A stretch of 64,000 nucleotides of DNA from Promethearchaeia archaeon (GTDB taxonomy: Archaea; Asgardarchaeota; Lokiarchaeia; Sigyniarchaeales; SOKP01). The first letter of the stretch is position 1, and each line of letters opens with the position of its first letter. Position numbers and translations under genes: made by a program. Under the pieces are notes generated by a model. The model ran no database searches. It was not told where the DNA came from and was given only the letters and a program-made list of their open reading frames with translations. The stretch is taken from assembly GCA_029856155.1 (NCBI GenBank), contig JAHQWL010000023.1:64001-128000 (forward strand). The letters run 5' to 3'. Shown here piece after piece: positions 61,944 to 64,000 of the stretch.

Positions 61944-62621
61944 ATGCTATATGACGAAAAAATGAAAGAAAACCAAAATAAAAAGTTGTACCCTCCTAGA
62001 CCAATACTCCAATTGAATGAAAAAATATACAAATTTTCAAATCTTCAATTTGTTTATTTAATTATTGGTAGTCCATTATTGACTATTTTCATTTATTATT
62101 TTCTAAAACTTAGATTTAATTATTGGATATATGAACTTACATCTATGCAGATATCCTTTTTCCTAAATTCATTTTTTAATCTAAATTCAGAAGTAATTAT
62201 CTATACTGATCACAATATATTTCCTACTATTTTTATACCTAACCACCCTTTTGAGGGAAGCTATGCTATTAGTACAAATTGTATCGCAGCTCATATTTTT
62301 AGCATTATGATTGGAATCATTCTGTTTATACCATCATCAAAAGAATCTTTAAATAAAAGAAATTTTATATGGAGAAAAATAAAAACTTTAATAGTTACGG
62401 TTGTAGGTATTTACATATTAAACATCTTTCGAATTGTATTTCTGCTATTTTTTAATTTTAAAGGAATACCATTTGAATTCATCCATGAGTCCTTATTTTT
62501 CTTATCTGCTGTAATTGGAGCTTTGTTTGTTGTTATCGTTCTTAAAAATTGGTTACCAGAATTGTTTATATCAATCTATTACATATTTTTCTTAATTTCT
62601 CAAAAAAAAAAAAATCAATAA
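61944..62621 (+). CDS. Archaeosortase/exosortase family protein
   Basis: Cys in ISTNCIA, Arg in LNIFRI, His in FIHE within a polytopic protein; adjacent PGF-motif gene. Confidence 0.82.
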   Translation: MLYDEKMKENQNKKLYPPRPILQLNEKIYKFSNLQFVYLIIGSPLLTIFIYYFLKLRFNYWIYELTSMQISFFLNSFFNLNSEVIIYTDHNIFPTIFIPNHPFEGSYAISTNCIAAHIFSIMIGIILFIPSSKESLNKRNFIWRKIKTLIVTVVGIYILNIFRIVFLLFFNFKGIPFEFIHESLFFLSAVIGALFVVIVLKNWLPELFISIYYIFFLISQKKKNQ

Positions 62622-62819
62622 TATGATTCCATTTCAACAGTTTTGAATACTCCTATGTACATTCGTAATTTATAAACTTAAACAAAATAGTCATAATTTG
62701 CTTATTTTTAAAAAAATAGAATCCCCATTTTAACCACTTTAACCATACTTCCAGCTTGGTTTCATTTATTTTTCAAAAACGTAACCTTTAAATAGGCAAA
62801 TTAATATTGTTATATTAAA

Positions 62820-62857
62820 GTATGTAAACTTTTCATTGACAACAAAAGATTACATAC
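62820..62857 (+). promoter_or_regulatory. Inverted repeat upstream of grpE-dnaK
   Basis: GTATGTAAaCTTTT-N10-AAAAGaTTACATAC, about 25 nt downstream of TTTAAATA. Confidence 0.55.
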
Positions 62858-62892
62858 AAAAAAATGGGGTTTAAAACTCAAAAAATTAAAAA

Positions 62893-63621
62893 ATGACGTA
62901 TATGTTTGAAAATGAAATGGGAGATGGGAGAACTATGGCATTTGAAGAATATTTTGATAGATTTATGAATAATCGTGATGTTTCACGTGGTGTATCAAAT
63001 CAGATTTCGATTAAACGAAGTGATTATGAGGTTCTTAAAGCGAAAGCAGAAAAGTATGAAGCGTTAGTGGAAGAACATAAAAAGATTAAGACTCAAAATG
63101 ACCGTTTACTCAAAGAACTTGATGACATGAAAGATGATGGTCGTAAATATAAGGAATTATTGGAAGAGAAGGAAAAATATTTGAATTCACTTTTACGAGT
63201 ACGCGCTGATTTTGAAAATTATAAGAAGCGTTCAGAACAAGAGAACAGTAGATACAAGTCATATGTCATGGATGTAATACTAAAGAAGTTAATAGATCAT
63301 TATGATGATTTAGTGCGAGCTTTGAACTTGCTTAAAACGCTTGAAAACATGGATGGCATTAAGAATGGATTTGAATTGATAATTAAGAATTTTGAAAAGC
63401 TATTAGCGGAGGAGGGAGTGAAACCGATGGATTCAGAAGGTGAGAAATTTGATCCATATAAGCACGAAGCTATAATAATTGAAGAGGGTAGAGATGATCT
63501 CCCAGAAAATACGATATTAGAAGAAATAACTAAAGGTTATTATATAAAAGAAAAGATTTTAAGACCTGCGAAGGTCAAAATCTCAAAAAAATCAAAATTA
63601 AAAAATATAAATGAAAATTAA
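62893..63621 (+). CDS. grpE: Nucleotide exchange factor GrpE
   Basis: LRVRADFENYKKR, GEKFDPYKHEA, KGY...LRPAKV; precedes dnaK. Confidence 0.95.
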   Translation: MTYMFENEMGDGRTMAFEEYFDRFMNNRDVSRGVSNQISIKRSDYEVLKAKAEKYEALVEEHKKIKTQNDRLLKELDDMKDDGRKYKELLEEKEKYLNSLLRVRADFENYKKRSEQENSRYKSYVMDVILKKLIDHYDDLVRALNLLKTLENMDGIKNGFELIIKNFEKLLAEEGVKPMDSEGEKFDPYKHEAIIIEEGRDDLPENTILEEITKGYYIKEKILRPAKVKISKKSKLKNINEN

Positions 63622-63661
63622 AAAAAAAATACAAATAAATATAAAAATGGAGTGATGAAAT

Positions 63662-64000
63662 ATGGGAAAAATAATAGGAATTGATTTAGGAACGTCAAAT
63701 TCAGCAGCAGCAGTATTAATTGGCGGCAAACCAACGATTATTCCAAGTGCTGAGGGTTTAACCTTGGGTGGAAAGGCATTTCCCTCTGTGGTTGCTTTTA
63801 CTAAGGATGGTCAGAGATTAGTTGGAGAACCTGCAAGAAGACAAGCAATCTCAAATCCAGATCGTACAATTACAGCTATTAAAAGGAAGATGGGTACATC
63901 TTACAAGGTAACAATTGATGGAAAAGATTATTCACCACAAGAGATTTCCGCAATGATTCTGAGAAAAATCAAAGAAGATGCCAGTGCTTATTTAGGTGAA
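63662..64000 (+). CDS. dnaK: Chaperone DnaK (5' part, runs off the window)
   Basis: [46 protein letters not shown]; GGAGTGA SD. Confidence 0.97.
   Translation, partial: MGKIIGIDLGTSNSAAAVLIGGKPTIIPSAEGLTLGGKAFPSVVAFTKDGQRLVGEPARRQAISNPDRTITAIKRKMGTSYKVTIDGKDYSPQEISAMILRKIKEDASAYLGE

Noticed and set aside
1-64000. CRISPR arrays, tRNA/rRNA genes, transposases or integrases
   Set aside because: No regularly spaced repeat-spacer array, GC-rich structural RNA or recombinase motif was seen by eye.

Overview
AT-rich (roughly 30% GC by eye) archaeal chromosomal DNA, almost certainly from an Asgard archaeon (Lokiarchaeia-like). The assignment rests on a eukaryote-like actin ending in -HRCF, a Loki-type profilin domain, GAGGTG/GGTGA Shine-Dalgarno motifs, TTTATATA boxes and an archaeosortase with a PGF-type sorting substrate. 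In order the window holds: CDF-like and HD genes; a TetR/SDR insertion; a ChlI/D-CobN chelatase locus (cobN broken by one in-frame TAA); a methyltransferase/AbrB/ABC cluster; an actin operon; leuACDB; a PadR-led operon with two UvrA-like ATPases; assorted membrane, Fe-S and metabolic genes (GH4, AOR, pyk, nitroreductase); an archaeosortase pair; grpE and the start of dnaK. The best candidate for an undescribed system is the minus-strand operon at 17913-20801. It encodes an actin (apparently initiated at ATT), a 67-aa protein and a profilin domain fused to a TrmB-type helix-turn-helix regulator. Its promoter carries a TTGTC-N10-GACAA palindrome that recurs at the promoter of a profilin-less paralogue of the same regulator. 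Together this suggests an actin-sensing transcriptional feedback loop. Second best is an unannotated leader peptide ending in seven consecutive Leu codons directly upstream of leuA, suggesting bacterial-style attenuation in an Asgard archaeon. All family calls come from motif recognition by eye; no searches were run.
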